Of a stretch of 39,026 bases of DNA, positions 25,869 through 35,179 are shown piece after piece; position 1 is the stretch's first letter; every line of letters starts with the position of its first letter. A model generated the notes under the pieces. The model ran no database searches and had not been told where the DNA came from. It saw only the letters and a program-made list of their open reading frames with translations. The stretch covers positions 18,377 through 57,402 of the forward strand of contig MFMW01000005.1 in the NCBI GenBank assembly GCA_001783595.1, written 5' to 3'. A program made the translations under genes and the position numbers. This DNA comes from Candidatus Kuenenbacteria bacterium RIFCSPHIGHO2_02_FULL_39_13. Lineage in GTDB: Bacteria; Patescibacteriota; Patescibacteriia; UBA2196; GWA2-42-15.

Positions 25869-26741
25869 ATGCAATCATATTTAAACATAGTTAAAAAAAT
25901 TTTAGCACAAGGCAAGGCAAAGCCTGATCGCACTGGCACCGGCACTATTGCCATAGCCGGTCATATGTTCCAGCATGATATGGCAAGTGGTTTTCCGCTT
26001 CTGACCACAAAAAAAGTGCCTTATCGGCTGGTAGCCAGCGAACTGGAATTTTTTATCAAAGGCATCACTGACAAAAAATGGCTGCAAGACAGAAATAACC
26101 ACATTTGGGACGAATGGTGCACGCCCTTGAAGGTGCCATACGCCCACGATGAGCAGACAAAAAAAAGAATGATTGAAGAAAGAGATCTTGGTACCATTTA
26201 CGGCTGGGAATGGCGGCATTTTGGCGCAGAGTACAGGGATTATAATACCGATTATACTGGTCAGGGAGTTGATCAACTTAAGAAATTAGTTGACAATATA
26301 AAAAGGGAGCCAACCAGCAGGCAGATGCTCGTGCTTGCCTGGAATCCGCTTGATATTAAAAAAGCCGTTCCCCCGTATTGTCATTACGCTTTTCAGGTTA
26401 CGGTTATTGATGGCCGGCTGAATCTTTTTTGGAATCAACGGTCTGTTGACGTGGCTCTGGGCCTGCCGTTTAATATCGCGAGCTATGCCACGTTGCTGCA
26501 TCTCTTGGCTCTTGAAACAGGATATAAAGAAGGCATGCTCACGGGGTTTTTAGCAGATGTTCATATTTATCTAAATCATATTGAAGGCTTGAAAGAACAA
26601 TTAACAAGAGATCCCAATAAATATCCTTTGCCAACGATTAAAACTGAAAACTTTAAGTCAATTTTTGATTGGCAGTACACCGATACTGTTGTAGAAAATT
26701 ATCAAAGCTATCCCAGCATAAAATTCCAGATAGCCGTTTAA
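25869..26741 (+). CDS. thyA: Thymidylate synthase
   Basis: DRTGTGT, FPLLTTKK, catalytic CH, QRSVD..LGLPFNIASY, D.HIY.NH. Confidence 0.96.
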   Translation: MQSYLNIVKKILAQGKAKPDRTGTGTIAIAGHMFQHDMASGFPLLTTKKVPYRLVASELEFFIKGITDKKWLQDRNNHIWDEWCTPLKVPYAHDEQTKKRMIEERDLGTIYGWEWRHFGAEYRDYNTDYTGQGVDQLKKLVDNIKREPTSRQMLVLAWNPLDIKKAVPPYCHYAFQVTVIDGRLNLFWNQRSVDVALGLPFNIASYATLLHLLALETGYKEGMLTGFLADVHIYLNHIEGLKEQLTRDPNKYPLPTIKTENFKSIFDWQYTDTVVENYQSYPSIKFQIAV

Positions 26742-26745
26742 AACT

Positions 26746-27255
26746 ATGAAAAAAATATTAATGATGGCAATAACAGTTGATGGCAAAATAGCCAAATACA
26801 CTGACCAGCCGGCTACCTGGACCAGTCAGGCTGATAAAAAAATGTTCATAGCAGAAACCAAACGGGTCGGCGTGATTGTCATGGGTAAAACAACTTATGA
26901 CACTATTGGCAAACCTCTGCCGGGACGGCTCAATATGGTTATGGATTTTGACGTGAGTAAATATGAGAATATTCCGGGCGCATTGGAATATACTAATAAA
27001 AAACCAGAAGAAATCATAGCCGAACTTGAAAGTCGTGGTTTTAAAGAAATGATTGTTGGCGGCGGTGCAACCATCAATGGCTTGTTTTTATCACAGGGTT
27101 TAATAGATGAAATCTGGCTGACTGTTGAACCCAAAGTTTTCGGCAATGGACTGTCACTTTTCAAAGGCGCGGATGTCAATCTTGATTTGGAACTTATAGA
27201 AGTAAAAAAACTTGACGATAATGTTATTCATGTCAGGTATAAGGTAAGGAAATAA
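26746..27255 (+). CDS. folA: Dihydrofolate reductase (DHFR/RibD-C fold)
   Basis: MA.TVDGKIA, VMGKTTY...PLPGRLN, VGGG; coupled to thyA. Confidence 0.8.
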   Translation: MKKILMMAITVDGKIAKYTDQPATWTSQADKKMFIAETKRVGVIVMGKTTYDTIGKPLPGRLNMVMDFDVSKYENIPGALEYTNKKPEEIIAELESRGFKEMIVGGGATINGLFLSQGLIDEIWLTVEPKVFGNGLSLFKGADVNLDLELIEVKKLDDNVIHVRYKVRK

Positions 27256-27257
27256 CT

Positions 27258-27596
27258 ATGGAAAAAGTATTTATAAAAAATAGAAAGGGACAAAAGATCT
27301 CCGCTTTAATTGATGAAAGTAAAAACCAAAAAGGCCTTGTTTTTATTTTACACGGTTTGGGAGGTTTTAAAGAACAGCCTCATATACAAACATTTATTAA
27401 GATACCAGTTTTGCTCATTGTTGGGCGAAATGATGAAAGCACTCCACTAGAACACCAAAGGATTTTATTTGACGCCCTAAAGACGGATAATAAAGAATTA
27501 CATCTAATTAAAGGAGCTCCTCATGCTTTCAGTGACAAAGTACATTTAGATGAAATTTATGACATCTTTGATAAATGGATTAAAAAATATTTATAA
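27258..27596 (+). pseudogene. Internally deleted alpha/beta hydrolase
   Basis: N-terminal ILHGLGG joined directly to C-terminal IKIPVLLIVG.ND..TP...GAPH; no GxSxG nucleophile segment; only 112 aa. Confidence 0.65.
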
Positions 27597-27643
27597 TTTT
27601 TAAGTGACCTTACATAAATAGCAGAAAATAACATAAATAATAC

Positions 27644-27704
27644 TGTCATCGCGAGCGATCCGCTCACCTTTTGAAAAAAGGTGAGGGAGAGCGTCGCAAT
27701 GACA
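27644..27704. repeat. Collapsed GTCA-type REP doublet holding a CTCACCTTTT/AAAAGGTGAG hairpin
   Basis: TGTCATCGCGA...TCGCAATGACA outer arms; inner 10-bp inverted repeat at 27663-27685. Confidence 0.7.
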
Positions 27705-27749
27705 CAGGGAGAGGAGTGCGTAAGGTTTTTTATTTTTTATTTTGATTTT

Positions 27750-28910
27750 ATGAAGATTGCTCACATCGTCTGCCGTTTTCCGCCGTATTCAGGCGGTATG
27801 GGAGTGGTAACTTATGAACAAGTGAAAAGACTGGCTGAAACTGGTCACCAAATGACTGTTTTTACATTGAATCAAAAAGAGAAGCTAGAGCCAGATAATT
27901 TTAAAATTAAATATATAAAAACTCTACGTTTTGGCAATGCCGGTATTTGCCCCAGTTTTTTATGGCGCTTGAGAAATTTTGATATCATTCAACTGCATTA
28001 CCCGTTTTATGGCGCTCAAGAATTTATCTGGCTGGCAAAAAAATTTAAACTTTTAAAAAGCAGCAAGCTCATTATCTGGTACCATATGGATGCCACTGCC
28101 AGAAATTTATTCCATAAAATTTTACAGTTAAGCTCATGGTCCATCCAAAAACATCTTTTAAAGCTAACTGATAAAATCTGTTCTGCCTCGCTTGATTATG
28201 TTAAAAATTCAAAAATAAAAGAGATATTTAAAAAATATAATGAGAAATTTGTTGAAATTCCCTTTGGCAGCAACCAGCATCCGGAAGAAGTAGAACAGTC
28301 GCAAGTGGATGAGTTGAAAAATAAATTGCATATTAAATCAGAAAAAATCATTCTTTTTGTTGGTGGTCTTGACAGCGCCCACTATTTTAAAGGCGTGCCA
28401 ATCTTAATTGACGCCATGAAGAAAATCCCGAAGCTCCGAGACAAACTCGGAGTTCGGGATCACCCAAATATTAAACTCGTCATTGTTGGCGACGGCAATC
28501 TGCGCAATGATTATGAGCGCCAAGTGGCCGGCTCTAATTTGCAAAATCAAGTTGTCTTTACCGGCCGCATAAAATTTGACGAACTAAAAAATTATTATGC
28601 GCTGTGCGACATAACGGTGCTGCCTGCAACTACCAGCGCCGAAGCTTTTGGGCTTGTCTTGATTGAAGCTAAAACTTACGGCAAGCCAGTTATCGGCTCT
28701 GACCTGCCAGGTGTCAGAGATGTGGTCGGGCAGTCTGGTTTAATAGTCAAACCGGGCGATTCAAATGATTTAGCTGAAAAAATTGAAAAAATACTGACTG
28801 ATAAAAGTCTATATAATAATTTTTCCCAGAGCGCCATCCAAGAAGTCAAAGAAAAATATAACTGGGATAAACACATTAAAAAATTATTAGAAATTTACAA
28901 TACTATTTAA
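27750..28910 (+). CDS. Glycosyltransferase family 4
   Basis: MKIAH..P..GG, ILFVG.L...KG, EAFGLVLIEA...GKPVI. Confidence 0.92.
   Translation: MKIAHIVCRFPPYSGGMGVVTYEQVKRLAETGHQMTVFTLNQKEKLEPDNFKIKYIKTLRFGNAGICPSFLWRLRNFDIIQLHYPFYGAQEFIWLAKKFKLLKSSKLIIWYHMDATARNLFHKILQLSSWSIQKHLLKLTDKICSASLDYVKNSKIKEIFKKYNEKFVEIPFGSNQHPEEVEQSQVDELKNKLHIKSEKIILFVGGLDSAHYFKGVPILIDAMKKIPKLRDKLGVRDHPNIKLVIVGDGNLRNDYERQVAGSNLQNQVVFTGRIKFDELKNYYALCDITVLPATTSAEAFGLVLIEAKTYGKPVIGSDLPGVRDVVGQSGLIVKPGDSNDLAEKIEKILTDKSLYNNFSQSAIQEVKEKYNWDKHIKKLLEIYNTI
28425..28460. repeat. 36-nt in-frame hairpin inside the glycosyltransferase
   Basis: ATCCCGAAGCTCCGAG-ACAAA-CTCGGAGTTCGGGAT, read as IPKLRDKLGVRD. Confidence 0.75.
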
Positions 28911-28913
28911 TTT

Positions 28914-29510
28914 ATGCGAGAATACGAAGTAATGTACACGGACATCAATCCAGTTCAAATTAGAAAAAAACTAAAAGCCATTGGCGCCAAGAAAAAATAT
29001 AAGAGAATTTTTAAATGGACCAATTTTGATTTTCCTGATTGGAGATTGCACAAAGATCATTCATGGATCAGATTGCGCAATGAGGGAGATAAAGTCACTT
29101 TAACTTATAAACAAAGACTCGGACCAGGAAAAGGGGGGAACGGAAATGATAAAGGCATGAAAGAAATTAGTTTCGCTATTGATGATTTTGATATGGCCTG
29201 TCATTTTTTTAAAGCAATTGGCATGACTGTCAAATATGAAGTAGAAAAAGAACGAGAGCATTGGGTTTTAAATGATCTTGAATTTGATATTGATAAATAT
29301 CCTCTTATTCAGCCACTTTTAGAGATAGAATCAACCTCAATGGCCAAAGTAGGTAAAGGCATCAAACTGCTAGGTCTTGATCCCGAGAAAAAGAAAATTC
29401 AAACAGCCTATCAAATATATCTAGATAATGGAATTGATATAGAAAAATTCATTACGATTCATTTTGATAAACAGAAAAAGAGAAGAGTAAATGAAATGCC
29501 GGCTAGCTAG
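28914..29510 (+). CDS. CYTH domain protein (class IV adenylate cyclase-like)
   Basis: N-terminal E.E motif, WIRLR, LTYK, EK.RE.W, LEIE. Confidence 0.82.
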   Translation: MREYEVMYTDINPVQIRKKLKAIGAKKKYKRIFKWTNFDFPDWRLHKDHSWIRLRNEGDKVTLTYKQRLGPGKGGNGNDKGMKEISFAIDDFDMACHFFKAIGMTVKYEVEKEREHWVLNDLEFDIDKYPLIQPLLEIESTSMAKVGKGIKLLGLDPEKKKIQTAYQIYLDNGIDIEKFITIHFDKQKKRRVNEMPAS

Positions 29511-29520
29511 CCGGTTTTTT
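29498..29520 (+). terminator. Probable intrinsic terminator
   Basis: GCCGGCTAGCTAGCCGGT palindrome followed by a T-run. Confidence 0.55.
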
Positions 29521-29547
29521 GACACAACCGCTAAAAAAGGGCATAAT
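29519..29547 (+). promoter_or_regulatory. sigma70 promoter for the GT4 to murF genes
   Basis: TTGACA-N17-CATAAT. Confidence 0.6.
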
Positions 29548-29559
29548 AAAATTAAATAT

Positions 29560-30720
29560 ATGATTGAGCCAAATAAGAACAAAGTCCTAATTTTTTCAGT
29601 TACCTATTTTCCTTTTGTCGGCGGGGCAGAAGTTGCTTTGTATGAAATTACTAAGCGCATAACTAATGTTAAATTTGATTTAATTACTGCTAAGTTTAGC
29701 CGAAATTTACCAGATTTAGAGGTTGTGGATAACATCACAGTTCACCGTGTTGGCCAAGGGAAAAAAATAGACAAGTATCTTTATCCTTTAAAGGCTTTTT
29801 TTCTTGCCCGCAAGCTGAATCGTCAAAACAATTATTATTTAATTTGGGCAATGATGGCTAATTGGGCAGGCATGGCAGCGCTAGTCTTTAAATTATTTCA
29901 CCCAAAAACAAAATACTTTCTCACTTTACAGGAAGGGGATTCCGCAGCTTTTTTAAAAGCCAGAACCTGGTTTTGGCGCCCGCTATATGCCCAAATTTAT
30001 AAAAAAGCTGATCATATCCAGGTTATTAGTCATTGGCTGGCAAAGAGAGCCAGAAGTTATGGCTATAAAAAGGAAATTAGTATTATTCCTAATGGCGTCA
30101 ACGTAGAAAAATTTAAAAACTCACAACTGCCAACTAACAACTCACAGTTAAAAAAACAATTAAATATACCGGAAAAAAATCAAATTATTTTCACTAGTTC
30201 ACGGCTGGTTAAAAAAAATGACATAGCCTCGCTTATCCGCGCTTTTGACATATTAGTTGCAAGTTGTAAGTCGTCAGTTACTTTAGTTATCGCCGGTTCT
30301 GGCAAACTTGAACAAAAATTAAAACAGCTCACTAAAGATTTAAAGTTAGAAAATAATGTCATTTTTCTTGGTCAAATTGACTATGATGAAATTTCAAAAT
30401 ACTACTCCAGCGCAGATATTTTTGTCCGTTCTTCTCTTTCTGAAGGCCAGGGCATTGCTTTTATTGAAGCTATGGCTGCCGGTTTGCCAGTTATTGCCAC
30501 TCCTGTCGGCGGTATTACTGATTTTTTACTTGATAAAAAAACAGGACTTTTTTGCCAGGTAAAAAACCCCGAGGATTTAGCTGAAAAAATAAAACTGCTT
30601 TTAGCAGATAAAAAATTATACCTTGAAATTCAAAAAAACGGTTTAGAGTTAGTCAGGCAAAAATATGACTGGAATTTAATTGCCGCAAAAATGAAAGAAA
30701 TTTTTAATAATTTAATCTAA
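29560..30720 (+). CDS. Glycosyltransferase family 4
   Basis: YFP.VGGAE, IPNGV, SRLV.K, EGQGIAFIEAMAAGLPVIAT.VGG. Confidence 0.92.
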   Translation: MIEPNKNKVLIFSVTYFPFVGGAEVALYEITKRITNVKFDLITAKFSRNLPDLEVVDNITVHRVGQGKKIDKYLYPLKAFFLARKLNRQNNYYLIWAMMANWAGMAALVFKLFHPKTKYFLTLQEGDSAAFLKARTWFWRPLYAQIYKKADHIQVISHWLAKRARSYGYKKEISIIPNGVNVEKFKNSQLPTNNSQLKKQLNIPEKNQIIFTSSRLVKKNDIASLIRAFDILVASCKSSVTLVIAGSGKLEQKLKQLTKDLKLENNVIFLGQIDYDEISKYYSSADIFVRSSLSEGQGIAFIEAMAAGLPVIATPVGGITDFLLDKKTGLFCQVKNPEDLAEKIKLLLADKKLYLEIQKNGLELVRQKYDWNLIAAKMKEIFNNLI

Positions 30721-32327
30721 TGATCAAATTTGCCATTAAGCATATTAAGAAACGCGCACAATTTTTCAAATACTGCGTTGGCGGCGGTACGGCTTTTATT
30801 GTTGATTTCAGTTTGCTCTATATCTTCACTGAATTTCTCGGCCTGTGGTATCTTTGGTCAGCCAGCGCTTCATTTATCATTGCCGTTTATGTTAATTATT
30901 TAATTCAAAAGTTCTGGACGTTTAAATCAAGCGGTCAGCGCGCTCTGCGCCAATTCCTCGTCTTTAGCGCCGTGCAAATTGTCGGGCTTTTTATCAACAA
31001 CACAACGATCTATATTTTAGTAGAAAGTTTTGGCCTGTGGTATATGTTTTCCAAAGCCGCTGCCGCTGCCATTGTTCTCATCTGGAATTTTTGGGCAAGC
31101 AAGATGTTTGTTTTCAATGACAAATTTTTGAACCAGAAAGCGCAAATTATCATTGCCGCTGAAATCTTTCCGCCTGACATTGGCGGCCCGGCCACTTACA
31201 CTTACCGCATCGCCAAATATCTGGCAAATCAAAAGATAAATTTTAAAATTATCTGCTATGCCACGGTTATCCCTAAAAAAAGCCGAGAAGAATTTGGTCG
31301 GCGGGTTACCCGCATTTCCAGTTTCTTGCCTTTAGCCATTAAATATTTTATCTATTTTATCAATCTTTTTGTACTCTCTTTGTCAATCTCTGCCAAGGTT
31401 ATTTATGCCCAAGGCCCAGTTGCTTCAGGATTGCCCGCGGTGCTAGTCGGAAAAATTTTACGTAAACGGGTAGTTATCAAAATAGTCGGTGATTATGGCT
31501 GGGAGCAAGCCAGAATGTTCCATGCCAGCGAACGGAGCATTGATGATTGGCAGCATCAAAGAGTCTTTAAAGCTCAAAATTCGTTGATTAATCTAAAACT
31601 AAAATTTATCTGCCAAGTGCAAAAATTCGTTGCGCGACAAGCTAACGCCATTATCGTTCCTTCGCATTATTTAAAGAATTTAGTTATCGCCTGGGGTGTG
31701 CGCGAACAGAAAATTAAAGTTATTTATAATGCGGTTGATTTCCAATTTTACGAGCTCCATAGCCAAAAAGAGGCTAAGGAAAAAATAAAAATTGACGGCG
31801 ATCTTATTTTAACAGTTGGCCGTTTGATTCCTTGGAAAGGCATGGACACCTTGATTTCAATTATGCCTGAAATAAAAAAGATTAATCCTTGTTTTAAATT
31901 AGTTATTGCCGGTTCGGGGTCGGAAGAAAAAAATTTAAAACTACTGATTAAAGATTTAAAACTGACTAGTTCGGTCATTATGGCCGGCCGGCTGTCTCAA
32001 CAGGAAATGTCAAAATTCTATCAAGCCTCTTCGCTTTTTGTCCTTAATTCGTCTTATGAAGGTCTGTCGCATGTTATTTTAGAGGCCATGTATTACAAAC
32101 TGCCCATCATTGCATCAGCTGTCGGCGGCAATCCAGAGCTTATTCAAGATGATTATAACGGCTGTTTAGTGGAATATAATAATAAACAAGCATGGCTAGC
32201 TGCCATTAAAAGGCTGTGGGAGAGCAATTCGCTCCGCGAACGATTTTGCTCAAGCCCGCTGGTTAAAATGGATGTTTTTAGTTTTGACCATATGGTCCGT
32301 GATACTATAAAAATTTTAAATTTTTAA
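30720..32327 (+). CDS. GtrA-like membrane domain fused to a family 4 glycosyltransferase
   Basis: N-terminal QFFKY..GG....VD...NY...K.WTF...WNF (GtrA); FPPDIGGPATY and EGLSHVILEAM (GT4). Confidence 0.85.
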   Translation: MIKFAIKHIKKRAQFFKYCVGGGTAFIVDFSLLYIFTEFLGLWYLWSASASFIIAVYVNYLIQKFWTFKSSGQRALRQFLVFSAVQIVGLFINNTTIYILVESFGLWYMFSKAAAAAIVLIWNFWASKMFVFNDKFLNQKAQIIIAAEIFPPDIGGPATYTYRIAKYLANQKINFKIICYATVIPKKSREEFGRRVTRISSFLPLAIKYFIYFINLFVLSLSISAKVIYAQGPVASGLPAVLVGKILRKRVVIKIVGDYGWEQARMFHASERSIDDWQHQRVFKAQNSLINLKLKFICQVQKFVARQANAIIVPSHYLKNLVIAWGVREQKIKVIYNAVDFQFYELHSQKEAKEKIKIDGDLILTVGRLIPWKGMDTLISIMPEIKKINPCFKLVIAGSGSEEKNLKLLIKDLKLTSSVIMAGRLSQQEMSKFYQASSLFVLNSSYEGLSHVILEAMYYKLPIIASAVGGNPELIQDDYNGCLVEYNNKQAWLAAIKRLWESNSLRERFCSSPLVKMDVFSFDHMVRDTIKILNF

Positions 32328-32332
32328 AAAAT

Positions 32333-33925
32333 ATGGCTGCTTTTCCCAACGCTATTGCCAACTGGCTGGACAACTATTGCGCAGTCATTGCCAGCCAAAA
32401 AGAAAAAACCCCAGGTGCCACTGTTGAAGTGAGTGATGCCGCTGGCAAGCTGGCTTTTATTTATGAAAAAATCAGAAATACCGTTGACTATAAAGACGAC
32501 CATCTCTTACGGAAGCATGCCATTGCCCGCATGCTCAAGCGCTTAGCCGTCCCGGGCGCCAAAGGCTCAACCATTGCCTTGCCATTGGTTGAAGAATTAA
32601 TTCGGGCAAGATACCTGCCCAACAAAGCCGTCTTTGATATGTCTGTGGAGCAGATTCGTCATGCCATCAATAAATATATTGTGATTTACAATTCAGCAAT
32701 TGATAAAAATTATAACTCCCGAGAATTAAGAAAATTTTATGATTGGCTGATTCATCTGGCCGCCTGTGAAATAGAAGAAATCTTAGTTCCCGCCAGAGAA
32801 ACTTTAATTACCGTTGATGCCATGCATCGGGTCGTCAGACAAAATGTTATTTTAGACGGCAATTCAGGGCTTGATCCAATTGATCAAAATATTCAAATAT
32901 ATATCGCCGTTCTAAAATCCCTGATTAAAGCCGACGAGATGACAATCAACTATTTTCTTTTTAAATACTATTTTCCAGATTGGCAGAAGTTAACGCTGGC
33001 TCAAGTTGAAAAGCTGGTCGGGCAAATTTGGCAGATTAAATATCTAATTCAAGCCCACGCCGTTTATCATTTAAATGAAAAATTAACCCACGAATTTAAA
33101 AAATATGCCGTTGTTTTCTGGATACTGCAAGATATTATCAGCCAAAACCCCGGCCAGTTTCAGAATATTTTTGCTTCAAGAGAACTCCTGACTGAAGAAA
33201 TTAAAAAAGTCTGCCATAAAAAATATAAAAGCATTGGCAAAAAAGTCCGCACAGCCATTGTCCGTTCAGTTATCTATATCTTCCTGACAAAAATGATTTT
33301 TGGTCTTTTACTTGAATTTCCATACGATTATTTCTTTCTAGAAAAAGTCCAATGGCTGCCGCTCTCAATCAATGCTCTTTTCCCGCCAGTGCTTATGGCC
33401 GCCATCGGTATGAGCATCAGGACGCCCAAAGAAGACAACACCCAAGCCATCATCGCTGAAGTTGACAACATTGTTTATTGCAGTCAGGGCAAAGAACATC
33501 GTGTCAAAATCAGACAGCCAAAACATGGTTTTGGTTTCTACTTATCGCAAACCATTTATGCCATTCTCTATCTTATTTCTTTCGGTTTGGTTATTTACGG
33601 TCTTGCCCAGCTGCTTTTCAGTTTTGCGAGTATGATAATTTTTATCTTTTTTCTGACCATGGTCAGCTTCTTTTCCCTGCGCATCAGAAAAACCGCTGCC
33701 GAGCTGATTATTCTGGAACAGCGGGAAAGATTTTTAACTGTTATTTTTACTTTTCTGGCCATTCCTGTTTTGCGCGTCGGCCGCTGGATTTCAGTTCATT
33801 CGTCAAAAATCAACGTCTTTATTTTTATGCTTGATTTTTTTATTGAAACCCCGTTTAAAATTTTTATCCGCATTTTTGAAGACCTAGTGGTCTTTGTTAA
33901 AGAAAAAAGAGATGAGATGCTCTAA
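32333..33925 (+). CDS. Conserved hypothetical membrane protein
   Basis: 530-aa ORF with a soluble helical N-terminus and several C-terminal TM helices; operon context. Confidence 0.7.
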   Translation: MAAFPNAIANWLDNYCAVIASQKEKTPGATVEVSDAAGKLAFIYEKIRNTVDYKDDHLLRKHAIARMLKRLAVPGAKGSTIALPLVEELIRARYLPNKAVFDMSVEQIRHAINKYIVIYNSAIDKNYNSRELRKFYDWLIHLAACEIEEILVPARETLITVDAMHRVVRQNVILDGNSGLDPIDQNIQIYIAVLKSLIKADEMTINYFLFKYYFPDWQKLTLAQVEKLVGQIWQIKYLIQAHAVYHLNEKLTHEFKKYAVVFWILQDIISQNPGQFQNIFASRELLTEEIKKVCHKKYKSIGKKVRTAIVRSVIYIFLTKMIFGLLLEFPYDYFFLEKVQWLPLSINALFPPVLMAAIGMSIRTPKEDNTQAIIAEVDNIVYCSQGKEHRVKIRQPKHGFGFYLSQTIYAILYLISFGLVIYGLAQLLFSFASMIIFIFFLTMVSFFSLRIRKTAAELIILEQRERFLTVIFTFLAIPVLRVGRWISVHSSKINVFIFMLDFFIETPFKIFIRIFEDLVVFVKEKRDEML

Positions 33926-35168
33926 AAAAACAATCCAATACATTTTAAAATCATTGGCCAAGGCAATCTTAAAAAAATATCAGCCTGATGTTATCGGCAT
34001 CACCGGTTCTGTGGGCAAAACCTCAACCAAGATGGCCATTCAAACCGTTTTAAAAAATGATTTTAAAGTCCGCGCTAGCCAAAAAAGCTATAATACCGAA
34101 ACTGGCGTGCCATTGACTGTTATTGGCGCGGATAATCCGGGCCACGATATTTTTGGCTGGCTGGCCGTGTTTTTAAAAGCTATATTTTTGATTTTTGCTC
34201 GCGATAAAAATTATCCGCAAATTTTTATTCTGGAAATGGCCGCTGACCATCCGGGTGATATTGAATATCTGACTGATATTGCCAGGCCAAAGATCGGCCT
34301 CATCACTTCAGTCGGCCCGACCCATCTTGAATTTTTTGGCTCTGTGGCCAACGTAGCCAGAGAAAAAAGCACCATGATTACCAGTCTTCATACTACTGAT
34401 TATGCCGTGATTAATAACGACCAAAAGACATTAGCGGAGCTAGCCAAAAAAACTAAGGCTCAACTTTTAACTTATGGCTTGAAGCAGGCTGATTTAACTG
34501 CCAGTGATATTAAATTTAATCAGGATAGCGCTGGCCTTTATTTTAAGATAAATTATAAATATGATAGCGCTAGCGTAAATTTGCCTAATATGTTGGGCCG
34601 GCCAGTCGTCTATGCGTTTTTGGCCGCCAGCGCGGTTGGCATTATCTATCATCTTGACCTGAAAAAAATTGCCCAGCGGCTGGAACATTTTGAAAATCCA
34701 CCGGGCCGCTTGAATTTATTGCCCGGCATTAAATGCACCCGTATTATAGACGACTCATATAACTCTTCCCCTCTGGCAGCCAAAGCTGCTTTGGAAACAT
34801 TGAGCCAATTAAAATGCGCTGGCAATAAATTCGCAGTTCTGGGCGATATGCTTGAACTTGGCGATTATACAAAAAAAGCCCACCAAGAAATAGGGGAGTT
34901 GGTTGCCAAGCTGGCAATAGATTATCTAATTACCGTGGGCGAACGTTCTCACCATACGGCTGAATCAGCCAAAGAATTCGGCATGAATCCGGATAGAATT
35001 TTTAGTTTTGACAATCCGGAAAACGCCGGCTGTTTCCTCCAAGAGCGCATTGCAGAAGGCGATTTAATCCTGATTAAAGGCTCTGCCGCTATGTCTATGG
35101 AGCGCATCACCAAAGAAATAATGGCCGAGCCAAAAAGAGCAGGTGAACTGTTAGTTAGACAAAAATAA
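33912..35168 (+). CDS. murF: UDP-N-acetylmuramoyl-tripeptide--D-alanyl-D-alanine ligase
   Basis: GITGSVGKTSTK, N.E.GVPLT, IDDSYNSSP, LGDMLELG, LIKGS; exact start uncertain. Confidence 0.93.
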   Translation: MRCSKKTIQYILKSLAKAILKKYQPDVIGITGSVGKTSTKMAIQTVLKNDFKVRASQKSYNTETGVPLTVIGADNPGHDIFGWLAVFLKAIFLIFARDKNYPQIFILEMAADHPGDIEYLTDIARPKIGLITSVGPTHLEFFGSVANVAREKSTMITSLHTTDYAVINNDQKTLAELAKKTKAQLLTYGLKQADLTASDIKFNQDSAGLYFKINYKYDSASVNLPNMLGRPVVYAFLAASAVGIIYHLDLKKIAQRLEHFENPPGRLNLLPGIKCTRIIDDSYNSSPLAAKAALETLSQLKCAGNKFAVLGDMLELGDYTKKAHQEIGELVAKLAIDYLITVGERSHHTAESAKEFGMNPDRIFSFDNPENAGCFLQERIAEGDLILIKGSAAMSMERITKEIMAEPKRAGELLVRQK

Positions 35169-35179
35169 AAGTTTGATTT

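Noticed and set aside
27681-27749. Long N-terminal extensions from the ORF track (also 5661-5681, 19449-19484, 29491-29559, 38487-38543)
   Set aside because: They run through repeats, promoters or terminators; the downstream ATGs fit family N-termini or an SD better.
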